A stretch of 64,000 bases of DNA from positions 326,032-390,031 of the forward strand of contig JAQTSV010000001.1 in assembly GCA_028711115.1 (NCBI GenBank), in the 5' to 3' direction. The position numbers were made by a program, and so were the translations under genes. This DNA is from Candidatus Omnitrophota bacterium. GTDB lineage: Bacteria > Omnitrophota > Gorgyraeia > Velamenicoccales > JABMQK01. Under the pieces are notes generated by a model. The model was not told the DNA's origin, made no database searches, and worked only from the letters and a program-made list of their open reading frames with translations. Within the stretch, counting starts at the first letter, position 1, and every line of letters begins with the position of its first letter. This document shows positions 34,859 through 44,950 of this stretch, one piece after another.

Positions 34859-35728
34859 ATGAAGGTAAGCGTAAATAAGCTGGATGCACTGAAGAGAGAA
34901 CTAGATATAGAAGTCAGTCAGGATAGAGTAAAGCAAAAGTTTGATGCCGTATACGAAGAGATAAAGAAGAGTGCCAAAATACCGGGTTTTCGTCCGGGCA
35001 CGGCGCCGCGCAATATCCTGGAAAAACACCACTCAAAACTTGCGCAGGAAGAAGTAATAAGGCAGCTTCTGCCGGAGACATATGAAGATGCTTTAAAGAA
35101 AGAAAATCTGGATGTGATTTCTTTGCCGGAGATAACAGATGTGAATTTAGGCGCTACCCTGCGTTACAAGGCAAAGGTGGAGATACGGCCAGACATCGAC
35201 GTAAAAGATTATAAAAATATCAAAATAAAGAAAAGATCAAATGAGGTAAAAAGTGAAGATTTGGAAAAGGCCCTGGATAACATAAAAAAGTTAAGAAAGG
35301 TAGATGCGATTGGTGATGATTTTGCCCATGGCTTAGGTTACTCAAGCTTAGATGAATTTAAAGAGGCATTAAAGAGACAGCTCGTTATTCAAAAGGAATC
35401 AGAGAATAAGATGCAATTAGAGCGCGAAGTCATAGACCACCTTTTAAAAAATGCAAAATTTACCGTTCCTGAATCTTTGGTAGCGAGGCGATTACATGAA
35501 TTGCATCACGAAGTACACGATTATTTTGCAAAAAACAATATGCCCAAAGAGGAAATCGAGAAAAAAGAAAAGGAATTAGAGCCGAAATTAAAAGATCAGG
35601 CATTAGAAGAAGTAAGGATATTCTTGGTGTTGGATGAAATCGCCAAATTAGAAAAAATTTCCCGGGATGACCACATGCCCAACAGTGTTATGGAGTTTTT
35701 ATTCAAAAATGCAGAGTGGGTGGCATAG
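34859..35728 (+). CDS. tig: Trigger factor, short form lacking the FKBP/PPIase domain
   Basis: 289 aa. The N-terminal ribosome-binding domain carries GFRPGTAP (the GFRxGxxP signature). After ~aa 150 the sequence runs straight into the helical C-terminal arm region. No FKBP-like segment is present. Located upstream of clpP, as is usual. Confidence 0.8.
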   Translation: MKVSVNKLDALKRELDIEVSQDRVKQKFDAVYEEIKKSAKIPGFRPGTAPRNILEKHHSKLAQEEVIRQLLPETYEDALKKENLDVISLPEITDVNLGATLRYKAKVEIRPDIDVKDYKNIKIKKRSNEVKSEDLEKALDNIKKLRKVDAIGDDFAHGLGYSSLDEFKEALKRQLVIQKESENKMQLEREVIDHLLKNAKFTVPESLVARRLHELHHEVHDYFAKNNMPKEEIEKKEKELEPKLKDQALEEVRIFLVLDEIAKLEKISRDDHMPNSVMEFLFKNAEWVA

Positions 35729-35770
35729 ATTAAAAGATTAAAGTCATAGTTTAATAAAAGGAGGTAATAA

Positions 35771-36382
35771 ATGGAGAAGATGCAGACATTGGTTCCTATG
35801 GTAATTGAGCAGACTTCCAGGGGTTATGAAAGGGCTTACGATATTTATTCCCGTCTTCTTAAGGATCGTATCATCTTTGTGGGTACGCCCATCGACGATA
35901 TGATCGCAAATTTAATCATCGCCCAGTTATTATTTTTACAAATGGAAGATGTCAATAAAGACATCAGTATGTATATCAATACGCCGGGCGGATCTGTAAC
36001 CAGCGGTTTGGCAATTTACGATACAATGCAATTTGTGAAATGCGATGTAGCTACATATTGTGTAGGTCAGGCAACCAGTATGGGTGCTTTACTTTTGACT
36101 GCAGGCACAAAAGGAAAGAGATACGGACTGCCGAATTCCCGCATTATGATTCATCAGCCGTGGGGAGGCGTGACCGGCGCAGCGGTCGATATATCCATTC
36201 AGACAAAAGAAATCTTACGCCTGCGTGACAAAATAAACGAAGTACTGGCTTTGCATACAGGGCAGTCTTTAGACAAAATCAAAAAAGATACTGACAGGGA
36301 TTATTTTATGTCGGCTCAGGAAGCAAAAGAATACGGAATTATCGACGAAGTTATCACCGGAAAAGTTAACAAAAAAAAGTAA
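35771..36382 (+). CDS. clpP: ATP-dependent Clp protease proteolytic subunit
   Basis: 203 aa. Motifs: [45 protein letters not shown] (catalytic Ser), IMIHQP. Confidence 0.95.
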   Translation: MEKMQTLVPMVIEQTSRGYERAYDIYSRLLKDRIIFVGTPIDDMIANLIIAQLLFLQMEDVNKDISMYINTPGGSVTSGLAIYDTMQFVKCDVATYCVGQATSMGALLLTAGTKGKRYGLPNSRIMIHQPWGGVTGAAVDISIQTKEILRLRDKINEVLALHTGQSLDKIKKDTDRDYFMSAQEAKEYGIIDEVITGKVNKKK

Positions 36383-36425
36383 ATAGATAAATCATCATTC
36401 ATGTTCTTAGGGAGGATAGGATTCA

Positions 36426-37559
36426 ATGAAAAAGAATTATTTGCTTACTCCAGGCCCCACACCATTGCCGCCTTATGTTTGTAAGGCGTTAGCCAAAAAA
36501 ATAATCCATCACCGCACGCCGCAATTCCAGGTCGTATTAAAAGAGGTGGAGGAAAACTTAAAATATGTTTTCCAGACAAAGAACGATGTCTATATCCTTG
36601 CTTCTTCCGGCACAGGCGCAATGGAGGCAGCCGTTGCTAATATAATTTCAGCAAACGACAGAGCCATAGTCATCGACGGCGGAAAATTTGGCGAGAGGTG
36701 GACAGAATTAAACAAAGTGTACGGTGCCAATATAGAATTAGTAAAGGTGGAATGGGGCAAGTCCGTCGATCCCAAAATCATAAAAGATATTTTAGACAAA
36801 GATAAAAATATAAAAGCGGTATTTGCCACGCATTGCGAGACTTCTACGGGAGTTTCCAATGATATCGAAGCATTAGGCAAAATTGTAAAAGATACAAATG
36901 CAATTTTAGTCGTGGATGCGATTAGCAGTTTAGGTGCCATTGATATAAAGACAGATGGCTGGTCGATAGATATGGTGGTCAGCGGTTCGCAGAAAGGACT
37001 GATGCTTCCGCCGGGTCTGGGTTTTATAAGCGTAAGCCCTAAAGCGTATAAGTTGGTTGAGCTCTGCAAGACCCCCAGATATTATTTTGATTTACGACTC
37101 AGCAAAAAGGCCTTAGCGGCTACGGACACTCCTTTTACTCCCGCAATCGGCATAATCATAGCATTAGATGAAGTCCTGAAAGATATGCGCCAGGAGACAC
37201 TGGAGGTAATATTTGCGCGCAATAAAAAACTGGCTCAGTCAACAAGGCAGGCTATGATTAGTCTGGGCTTAGAGTTATACGCCGGAAAAGATTCTTCTGA
37301 TTCGCTTACAGCTGTAAGAGTACCGGAGGGCATCGACGGAGAGAAATTGGTCAAGACCATGCGCGATGAATATGGCGTAGGTATTGCCGGAGGGCAATCA
37401 CAGCTTAAAGGCAAAGTTTTCAGGATAGCACATATGGGTTTTATCAGGGAAAAAGATTTGATAGTCTGTATCGAGACGTTAGAGGAAGTTTTATCCAAGA
37501 TGGGTTATAAGTTCGAAAAAGGAAAAGGCGTCAAAACAATAGAGAAACTTTTAGGCTGA
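36426..37559 (+). CDS. Class V PLP aminotransferase (serine-pyruvate/alanine-glyoxylate type; probably the phosphoserine aminotransferase partner of serA)
   Basis: 377 aa. Motifs: LLTPGPTPLP and VSGSQKGLMLPPGLGF (PLP-lysine motif). Immediately upstream of serA. The exact substrate is inferred from context only. Confidence 0.75.
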   Translation: MKKNYLLTPGPTPLPPYVCKALAKKIIHHRTPQFQVVLKEVEENLKYVFQTKNDVYILASSGTGAMEAAVANIISANDRAIVIDGGKFGERWTELNKVYGANIELVKVEWGKSVDPKIIKDILDKDKNIKAVFATHCETSTGVSNDIEALGKIVKDTNAILVVDAISSLGAIDIKTDGWSIDMVVSGSQKGLMLPPGLGFISVSPKAYKLVELCKTPRYYFDLRLSKKALAATDTPFTPAIGIIIALDEVLKDMRQETLEVIFARNKKLAQSTRQAMISLGLELYAGKDSSDSLTAVRVPEGIDGEKLVKTMRDEYGVGIAGGQSQLKGKVFRIAHMGFIREKDLIVCIETLEEVLSKMGYKFEKGKGVKTIEKLLG

Positions 37560-37578
37560 AATAATCAAGAGGTGCTAC

Positions 37579-39159
37579 ATGTATAAAATTTTAGTCAGTG
37601 ACAAATTATCTGAACAGGGGTTAAAGGTCCTCAAAGAAAATAAAGATTTCAAGGTTGATGTAAAGACCGGTTTAAAACCCGAGGAGCTGAAATCTATAAT
37701 CGGAGATTACGATGCCCTTTTAGTGCGCAGCTCTACGAAGGTCACCAAGGAAATAATCGATGCCAGCAGCCTTAAGATTATTGGCCGCGCCGGCGTAGGC
37801 TTGGATAATGTCGACCTGGAAGCAGCTACGAATAAAGGTATTATTGTAATGAATTCTCCGTCGGGAAATACGATTTCTACGGCAGAGCACACTATGGCTT
37901 TGATGCTTTCATTATCCAGAAATATCGCCGCTGCGGATAAATCCATGAAGGCAAAAGAGTGGAACCGTTCAAAATTTACCGGCGTAGAATTATACAATAA
38001 AACTTTAGGCGTTGTCGGCCTGGGACGCATTGGCCAGGCAGTGTCAAAGAGGGCAATGAGTTTTGGTATGAAGATTATTGCCTATGATCCGTTTCTTTCC
38101 AAGGAAGCCGCGGGAAAATTAGGCATAGAATTGGTGGACTTGAATAAATTATTCTCTGAATCCGACTATATAACTTTCCATGTGCCATTAACTGAAGAGA
38201 CAAAGAACCTGATTTCCTCAAAACAAATTCCCCTGTTAAAGAAAGGCGCGCGCATTATTAATTGTTCACGCGGAGGAATTGTAAACGAGGAAGATTTGGC
38301 CAAGGCCTTGCAGGAAGGAAAAATCGCAGGGGTTTCTCTGGATGTTTATACCAATGAGCCACCCAAGGATTTGCCTTTGGCAAATTTTGACAATGTTGTT
38401 CTCACGCCCCACCTGGGTGCTTCTACTGAAGAGGCCCAGGTCAATGTGGCTGTAGAAATTGCAGAACAGGTAAGGGATGCTCTTTTGGGTTTAGGCATTC
38501 GTAATGCCGCTAATTTTCCGTCGGTGGATACCGAGACCTACAAAGCATTACAACCAATGTTTAACCTGGCAGAGAAGATGGGTTTATTTATGGGCCAGTT
38601 GGCGCAGGGAAGGATAAGTGGTGTAGAAGTAAATTATTCCGGAGAAGTTGCCAAATTCGACACAACTCCCCTGACCATGTCAGTTCTCAAAGGATTGCTT
38701 ACTCCTGTTTTAAAAGATACGGTGAATTTTATTAATGCCCTGTCATTAGCCAAGGAACGCTCCATAAAAGTCACGGAGGAAAAATCAAGCGATGCAGAAG
38801 ATTTTACGAATTTAATTAGCCTGGAGGTTAAAACCGAGGAGAGCAGATTCCGCGTTGCCGGCACGCTTCTTACCAAGAAAGACCCCAGGATAGTCAAGAT
38901 TAACGATTTTTATGTTGAGGCAATCCCCGACGGACATATGCTCATTATTTACGATCTGGACAAACCGGGAATTATCGGCAATCTGGGGACATTATTAGGT
39001 AAGCACGACATAAATATTGCAGGAATGACTTTCGGCAGATTAAAGAAGAGCGGCGAGGCAATAACCGTATTAAATATTGATAGCCAGCCTTCCCCTAAAG
39101 TTTTAGAATCGATTAAAAAATTAAAATACATTAAAGAGGTGAAGGTTATTAAACTATGA
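37579..39159 (+). CDS. serA: D-3-phosphoglycerate dehydrogenase (long form with ASB and ACT domains)
   Basis: 526 aa. Motifs: GRAGVGLDNVDLEAATNKGIIVMNSP, GVVGLGRIGQAV, NCSRGGIV, and a C-terminal ACT domain (HMLIIYDLDKPGIIGNLGTLLG). Confidence 0.93.
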   Translation: MYKILVSDKLSEQGLKVLKENKDFKVDVKTGLKPEELKSIIGDYDALLVRSSTKVTKEIIDASSLKIIGRAGVGLDNVDLEAATNKGIIVMNSPSGNTISTAEHTMALMLSLSRNIAAADKSMKAKEWNRSKFTGVELYNKTLGVVGLGRIGQAVSKRAMSFGMKIIAYDPFLSKEAAGKLGIELVDLNKLFSESDYITFHVPLTEETKNLISSKQIPLLKKGARIINCSRGGIVNEEDLAKALQEGKIAGVSLDVYTNEPPKDLPLANFDNVVLTPHLGASTEEAQVNVAVEIAEQVRDALLGLGIRNAANFPSVDTETYKALQPMFNLAEKMGLFMGQLAQGRISGVEVNYSGEVAKFDTTPLTMSVLKGLLTPVLKDTVNFINALSLAKERSIKVTEEKSSDAEDFTNLISLEVKTEESRFRVAGTLLTKKDPRIVKINDFYVEAIPDGHMLIIYDLDKPGIIGNLGTLLGKHDINIAGMTFGRLKKSGEAITVLNIDSQPSPKVLESIKKLKYIKEVKVIKL

Positions 39160-40967
39160 AAAGAACTCTCATAAACCTATTAGTTGTTATTTTTCTGTTT
39201 AGTTTTATTTCTTTGTCTTTTGCCAAAGAGGAAATTGTCATTGTAGTTTCGGGGCAGTCTCACGCAAGTCTTTATCCTTGCCGATGCCCGCGTGATCCTG
39301 CCGGCGGCGTATCCCGGCGCGCAACTGCGATTAAAAAGATAAGAAACGAAAACAAAAATGTACTGGTTCTGGAAACCGGCGGCAGTTTTGCCGGCGGCAG
39401 TTATGATGGTAGTACACAAACCACAGAAATCGACAAAGAACGCACCAAATTCTACATGGGATCTTTGGCCAAGATGGGTTGCGACGCATTTTTAATTTCC
39501 AGCGAGGAGTTTAATTTCGGGGACGGCTTTTTAAAAGATGCGATGAGCCAATATAAATTTACTTACCTCAGCGCGAATATAAAAGATAATTTTCAGCCAT
39601 ATCTTATAAAAGAAATCGGTGATGTAAAAATCGCAATAATCGGAATAACCAATGCAGAAGTAAAAAGCAAGACGCAGCTTCCCTATGTTTCACCAAAAGA
39701 ATTTTTACCAGCTATCATTAAAGAAGTTAAAGAGGGTAAAAAGGCCGATGTCGTTATGGTATTGAGTTATCTCGGAGAAGAGCAATCCCAGGAAATTCTC
39801 AACGGAATAAAAGGAGTCGATGTTTGGATAGATTCCAATAATCCTTTTAAGTCAGCAAGCAATACAGAAGTAAATGGCGTTGTATTTATCCAGACTGCCT
39901 GGCAGTCGAGAGAACTGACAAAAATAAATCTGACCATAGAACCGGCACAAAGTCTTCAGGGCGATCAGAAGCCGCTTTCTGTCAAAACAGAACACATTGA
40001 TTTGAACAAGGACATAGAAGATGATTCTGAAATCAGCGCAATTATCCCGAGTTGTTTTACTGATAAAGATTGCAGAAAGCCGGGTTTTGTACCTAAGTGC
40101 GAAAACGCAGGAAAATTGGAAGCCAAGTGCATTTTCTCAGAAATAAAGCCCGTCAAATTAACCATAATCAAACCCGTGACGTGCAAGACCTGTAATATCG
40201 AATCCGCGCTTGAAAGAATAAAAAATATGCTGCCTAATTTAGAGGCGGAATATATTACTGAAGATACTAAGGACGCAAAGGCGCTGATAGAAAAACTAAG
40301 AATTAAAATGCTGCCGGCATATTTGATTAATCAGCCGTCGGAAGAAGTTATTTCACAGATAAGCCAGATAGCCAAAAGTGTTGACAGTTATTATGTTCTG
40401 GAGCCGGGTTTCACAGGTGTATCGTATTTAACCGATAGAAAAGAAATACCCAACAGATTAGATGTATTTTTCGATACAGGCACGAAAAATATAACCCAGA
40501 CTTTAGAAGTGCTGCAGTCGCTGAAAAGTAAGAATAAAGATATCGATATGCATATAAATTTCCTGGCCATAGAAGAGCCGGAATCCGGTTTTATTGCTAA
40601 AGGCGGAAGATATGAGATTGAGGAATTTTTACGTGCTGCCTGCATAAATAAATACTATCCGGACAAAATATGGGATTATCTTTCCTGCCGGCTTTCAGAT
40701 ATCGAGAGTTCATGGTGGGACGATTGCACTTTAAAATTCGATATAGATTCGGCTAAGCTAAAAAGCTGCGCTCAGGGCGAGGAAGGCAAAGAGTTGCTGC
40801 GGGGTTTTATAAAACTGACGCAGGAATTGGAAGTTGTTTTCGGCCCCACATTTTTAGTCAACAATAAAGAAATTTTTAGTTCTGAAGGCGTGCCTAGTGT
40901 AGAAGAGCTGGAAAAACTTTTTCCGCCGAAAGCTAAACAGCCACCGGCGGATAATAACGCTAAATAA
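39156..40967 (+). CDS. Exported multidomain hypothetical protein: degenerate 5'-nucleotidase/metallophosphatase-like N-domain, a Cys-rich linker, and CxxC thioredoxin-like and DsbA-like modules
   Basis: 603 aa with a signal peptide (LFSFISLSFA/KEE). The N-domain is colinear with UshA-type nucleotidases, but the metal motifs are replaced: SGQSHAS for DxH, ETGGSF for GD, SSEEFNFG for GNHE. It also carries a PCRCP motif. Middle: CFTDKDCRKPGFVPKCENAGKLEAKC, then TIIKPVTCKTCN (CxxC). C-terminus: FGPTFLVNNKEIF (DsbA-like). Confidence 0.6.
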   Translation: MKRTLINLLVVIFLFSFISLSFAKEEIVIVVSGQSHASLYPCRCPRDPAGGVSRRATAIKKIRNENKNVLVLETGGSFAGGSYDGSTQTTEIDKERTKFYMGSLAKMGCDAFLISSEEFNFGDGFLKDAMSQYKFTYLSANIKDNFQPYLIKEIGDVKIAIIGITNAEVKSKTQLPYVSPKEFLPAIIKEVKEGKKADVVMVLSYLGEEQSQEILNGIKGVDVWIDSNNPFKSASNTEVNGVVFIQTAWQSRELTKINLTIEPAQSLQGDQKPLSVKTEHIDLNKDIEDDSEISAIIPSCFTDKDCRKPGFVPKCENAGKLEAKCIFSEIKPVKLTIIKPVTCKTCNIESALERIKNMLPNLEAEYITEDTKDAKALIEKLRIKMLPAYLINQPSEEVISQISQIAKSVDSYYVLEPGFTGVSYLTDRKEIPNRLDVFFDTGTKNITQTLEVLQSLKSKNKDIDMHINFLAIEEPESGFIAKGGRYEIEEFLRAACINKYYPDKIWDYLSCRLSDIESSWWDDCTLKFDIDSAKLKSCAQGEEGKELLRGFIKLTQELEVVFGPTFLVNNKEIFSSEGVPSVEELEKLFPPKAKQPPADNNAK

Positions 40968-40994
40968 ATTGTAGTCTTATTAAGGAGAACCGTT

Positions 40995-42242
40995 ATGAAT
41001 AAGAAACCCAAAATTCATATTATTGATGTAACCAACAGAGACGGAGTGCAGACGTCGCGGATTTGTCTTTCCAAATTAGAGAAGACAATGATTAATATTT
41101 ACCTTAATGATTTAGGGGTGTTCCAGTCTGAATTTGGTTTTCCCGTAACCCGCCACGAGACGAATTATTTGAATGCAAATTTAGAATTGGTGGAGCTGAA
41201 GGTGCTTAAACCTATACGACTGGAAGGATGGCTGCGTGCAATTCCCAAAGATGTTGATGATGGTTTTAAGTTGGTGCCCAAATTAAAACACGTAAATCTT
41301 TCCATATCGACTTCAGATCAGATGATTGTCCACAAATTTCAGGGTAAGATTAACCATAAATCTGTAATAGAAGAAATGGTTAAGGCCGTGAAATTAGCGA
41401 AATCCAAAGGGGCGGAGAGCGTCGGTGTCAATGCAGAGGATGCCTCCAGAACCCGTATGGAATATTTAATCGAGTTTGCCGGAGCTGCCAAGGAAGCCGG
41501 CGCCTGCCGTATCCGGTATTGTGATACATTGGGATATGATTCCCCTTTCTCTATTTATGAAAGGATAAACAAATTAGCCAAGGAAGTAAAGATAGACATA
41601 GAATTGCACTGTCATAACGATTTGGGTATGGTGGTGGCAAATTCCGTAATGGGGGCAAAGGCAGCCAATGATGCCGGCGTGAATGCCTATATAAATACCT
41701 GCGTAAATGGAATGGGCGAACGTGCCGGCAATGCGGATTTGGTTTCTGTGATACTCGCAATTAAATACGGAAGCGGAATGGAAGGGAAATATTTGCTGGA
41801 TGAACGCATTGATTTAAAGCAGGCGTGGAAATTATGCAAATACGCTTCATACGCATTTGGTGTGCCTATACCTATAAATCAGCCGGGCATAGGAGCCAAT
41901 GCATTCGCACATGAGTCCGGTATCCATGCCGATGGAGCATTAAAGGACAGGCGCAATTACGAGCTTTATGATTTTGAGGAGTTGGGCAGAGGCGAACCGG
42001 AGATTATCGAGACCGGCAGGCAGATTACCGCCGGCGAATATTCCGGGATAAAGGGTTTTAGGAATGTCTTCGATAACTTGGAGATTGAGTTTAAAGACGA
42101 CAAACAGGCAACCAAGATTTTAGAGCTGGTCAGATACGCCAATGTCCATAATCAAAAACCTCTCACAGAAGGCGAACTGCGTTTTATCGCACAGCATCCT
42201 GATATTGCCAATAAGATTTTTACAATGTCGCCGTTAGCTTAA
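40995..42242 (+). CDS. HMGL-like aldolase of the isopropylmalate/homocitrate/citramalate/Re-citrate synthase family (short LeuA paralog without regulatory domain)
   Basis: 415 aa. Motifs: IHIIDVTNRDGVQTS (variant of DTTLRDGEQ), HCHNDLGMVVANSVMG, GERAGNADL, HESGIH. It ends shortly after the catalytic barrel and subdomains. Confidence 0.7.
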   Translation: MNKKPKIHIIDVTNRDGVQTSRICLSKLEKTMINIYLNDLGVFQSEFGFPVTRHETNYLNANLELVELKVLKPIRLEGWLRAIPKDVDDGFKLVPKLKHVNLSISTSDQMIVHKFQGKINHKSVIEEMVKAVKLAKSKGAESVGVNAEDASRTRMEYLIEFAGAAKEAGACRIRYCDTLGYDSPFSIYERINKLAKEVKIDIELHCHNDLGMVVANSVMGAKAANDAGVNAYINTCVNGMGERAGNADLVSVILAIKYGSGMEGKYLLDERIDLKQAWKLCKYASYAFGVPIPINQPGIGANAFAHESGIHADGALKDRRNYELYDFEELGRGEPEIIETGRQITAGEYSGIKGFRNVFDNLEIEFKDDKQATKILELVRYANVHNQKPLTEGELRFIAQHPDIANKIFTMSPLA

Positions 42243-43559
<1,317 letters not shown>

Positions 43560-43592
43560 TAAAGTTATAAATCTTTGCTTTTTAAATAACCC

Positions 43593-43620
43593 TTGACTTA
43601 ATAACTGGATTGTGATAATT
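43593..43620 (+). promoter_or_regulatory. Candidate sigma70-type promoter upstream of the OmpA-family gene
   Basis: TTGACT(43593-43598), followed 15-17 bp later by TGTGATAATT (43611-43620), which is an extended -10-like element. The exact hexamer choice is ambiguous. Confidence 0.4.
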
Positions 43621-43714
43621 TTATATTCACACCATTTTTAGACTCTCAGGATCAAAAATAACATTTTATAAAGTTAACTAATAGGTCTAATCCATAGGCA
43701 AATAGGAGGTTGTA

Positions 43715-44386
43715 ATGAAAGTCAGTACTTTTTTCAAGGTATTTTTAATTTTGGCTTTTTTGGCGAATTTTGCCGGTTGCACGGTTATTTTCCAAAAGGG
43801 AAGAACCTCGGATTTATTAAAGATTCATGAGCTTTCTGATGAAATAGAAAAGCTTAGCAAAGCCAAGGAAACATTGGAGGATAAACTAAAGAAAGAGATC
43901 GACGCTAAAGAAGTAAGTCTTTCCATGCAGGACAAGGGTTTAGTGGTTACTTTTTTATCTGAAGTTTTGTTTGATTCCGGCAAGGCAACCATTAAGAAGA
44001 GCGCCTACGGAAGTTTAGACAAAGTGGCTTCTGTCTTATTGGATGGTGCTGCTGGCATGAATGTAGGAATTGAAGGCCATACTGATAATCAGCCTATCAA
44101 GGTTTCTGGCTGGGAATCCAACTGGGAATTATCTGGTGCCCGCGCAAAGAGCGTATTAAGCTATCTGATTAAAAAGGGCATAGCACCGCAGAGATTATCT
44201 TTCATCGGATACGGTGAATATCGTCCAGTTGCTTCCAACGATAATAGAGAAGGCAGACAGAAGAATCGCAGGGTAGAAATTGTCATACTGCCCAACATAA
44301 CCAAGGCAAAAGCATCCGAAGAAGCGAAGACAGAAGAAACAAAGGCCGACACTCAGCTTAAAGAACCTGTAGAGAATTTAAAATAG
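43715..44386 (+). CDS. OmpA/MotB-family peptidoglycan-binding lipoprotein
   Basis: 223 aa. Lipobox LANFAGC, a coiled-coil linker, and an OmpA C-like domain (FDSGKATIKKSAY, GHTDNQPI, NWELSGARAKSV, GYGEYRPVASNDNREGRQKNRRVEI). Confidence 0.85.
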   Translation: MKVSTFFKVFLILAFLANFAGCTVIFQKGRTSDLLKIHELSDEIEKLSKAKETLEDKLKKEIDAKEVSLSMQDKGLVVTFLSEVLFDSGKATIKKSAYGSLDKVASVLLDGAAGMNVGIEGHTDNQPIKVSGWESNWELSGARAKSVLSYLIKKGIAPQRLSFIGYGEYRPVASNDNREGRQKNRRVEIVILPNITKAKASEEAKTEETKADTQLKEPVENLK

Positions 44387-44451
44387 TAATATTATAGTAT
44401 AGTAAGGTATAATTAAAATCTTGGTTTCCGAATAAAGCAAAAGGAGGCAGC

Positions 44452-44835
44452 ATGGAGTTCAAGAAAGAGGCAGCGTTGGGAGGCAAAGGCAGAATTATAC
44501 TTTTACCTATTTTTATGGTGCTGGCTATAATTGGTTTTATTCTCGCCTTCAACACAGGCGCAGAGGCAGGTAAATATAAAAAACTTTTTGAAAAAGAAAT
44601 GGCCTTCAGATTAGATATGGAAGAGAAGGTCAATAATTTTAGAAATGAAAAAATGTCATTAACTACTGCCTTGCAGGATAAGGATCAGGAGATTGAAAAG
44701 TTAAAGTCAGCCGTCGCGACAAAGGAAAATGACATAACAAAGCTTCAGTCTGATTTAGACCAGATGACTTTGCTCAAGAATAAATTAGAAGAAAATCTAA
44801 AGGAAGAATTGGCTAAAAAGGCCACTGCCCAGTAA
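44452..44835 (+). CDS. Hypothetical single-TM coiled-coil protein
   Basis: 127 aa. SD AAAGGAGG upstream. TM segment IILLPIFMVLAIIGFILAF, followed by heptad-rich, charged sequence. Confidence 0.55.
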   Translation: MEFKKEAALGGKGRIILLPIFMVLAIIGFILAFNTGAEAGKYKKLFEKEMAFRLDMEEKVNNFRNEKMSLTTALQDKDQEIEKLKSAVATKENDITKLQSDLDQMTLLKNKLEENLKEELAKKATAQ

Positions 44836-44890
44836 GCTTTATGAATACAATGGAGTAAGTCTCGCATACATTTAATTTAGCGTAATTCTC

Positions 44891-44916
44891 ACGGGGGAGT
44901 CAAGTCCCCCGTTTTG
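44891..44916 (+). terminator. Rho-independent terminator
   Basis: ACGGGGGA(44891-44898), loop GTCAAG, TCCCCCGT(44905-44912), running into TTTT. It lies 55 nt after the stop at 44835. Confidence 0.75.
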
Positions 44917-44950
44917 GTATGTAGGGTTTTTAGGGGGGGGTGTAATAGAT

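Noticed and set aside
43560-43714. The longer intergenic spacers (662-852, 4757-4873, 9679-9790, 27581-27695, 43560-43714, 44836-44950, 45692-45793), scanned for tRNA, sRNA or riboswitch genes.
   Set aside because: None is long enough or has a cloverleaf-compatible arrangement for a tRNA, and I recognise no known riboswitch consensus. Only promoters, hairpins and repeats were found, and these are reported separately. A covariance-model scan would be needed to be definitive.
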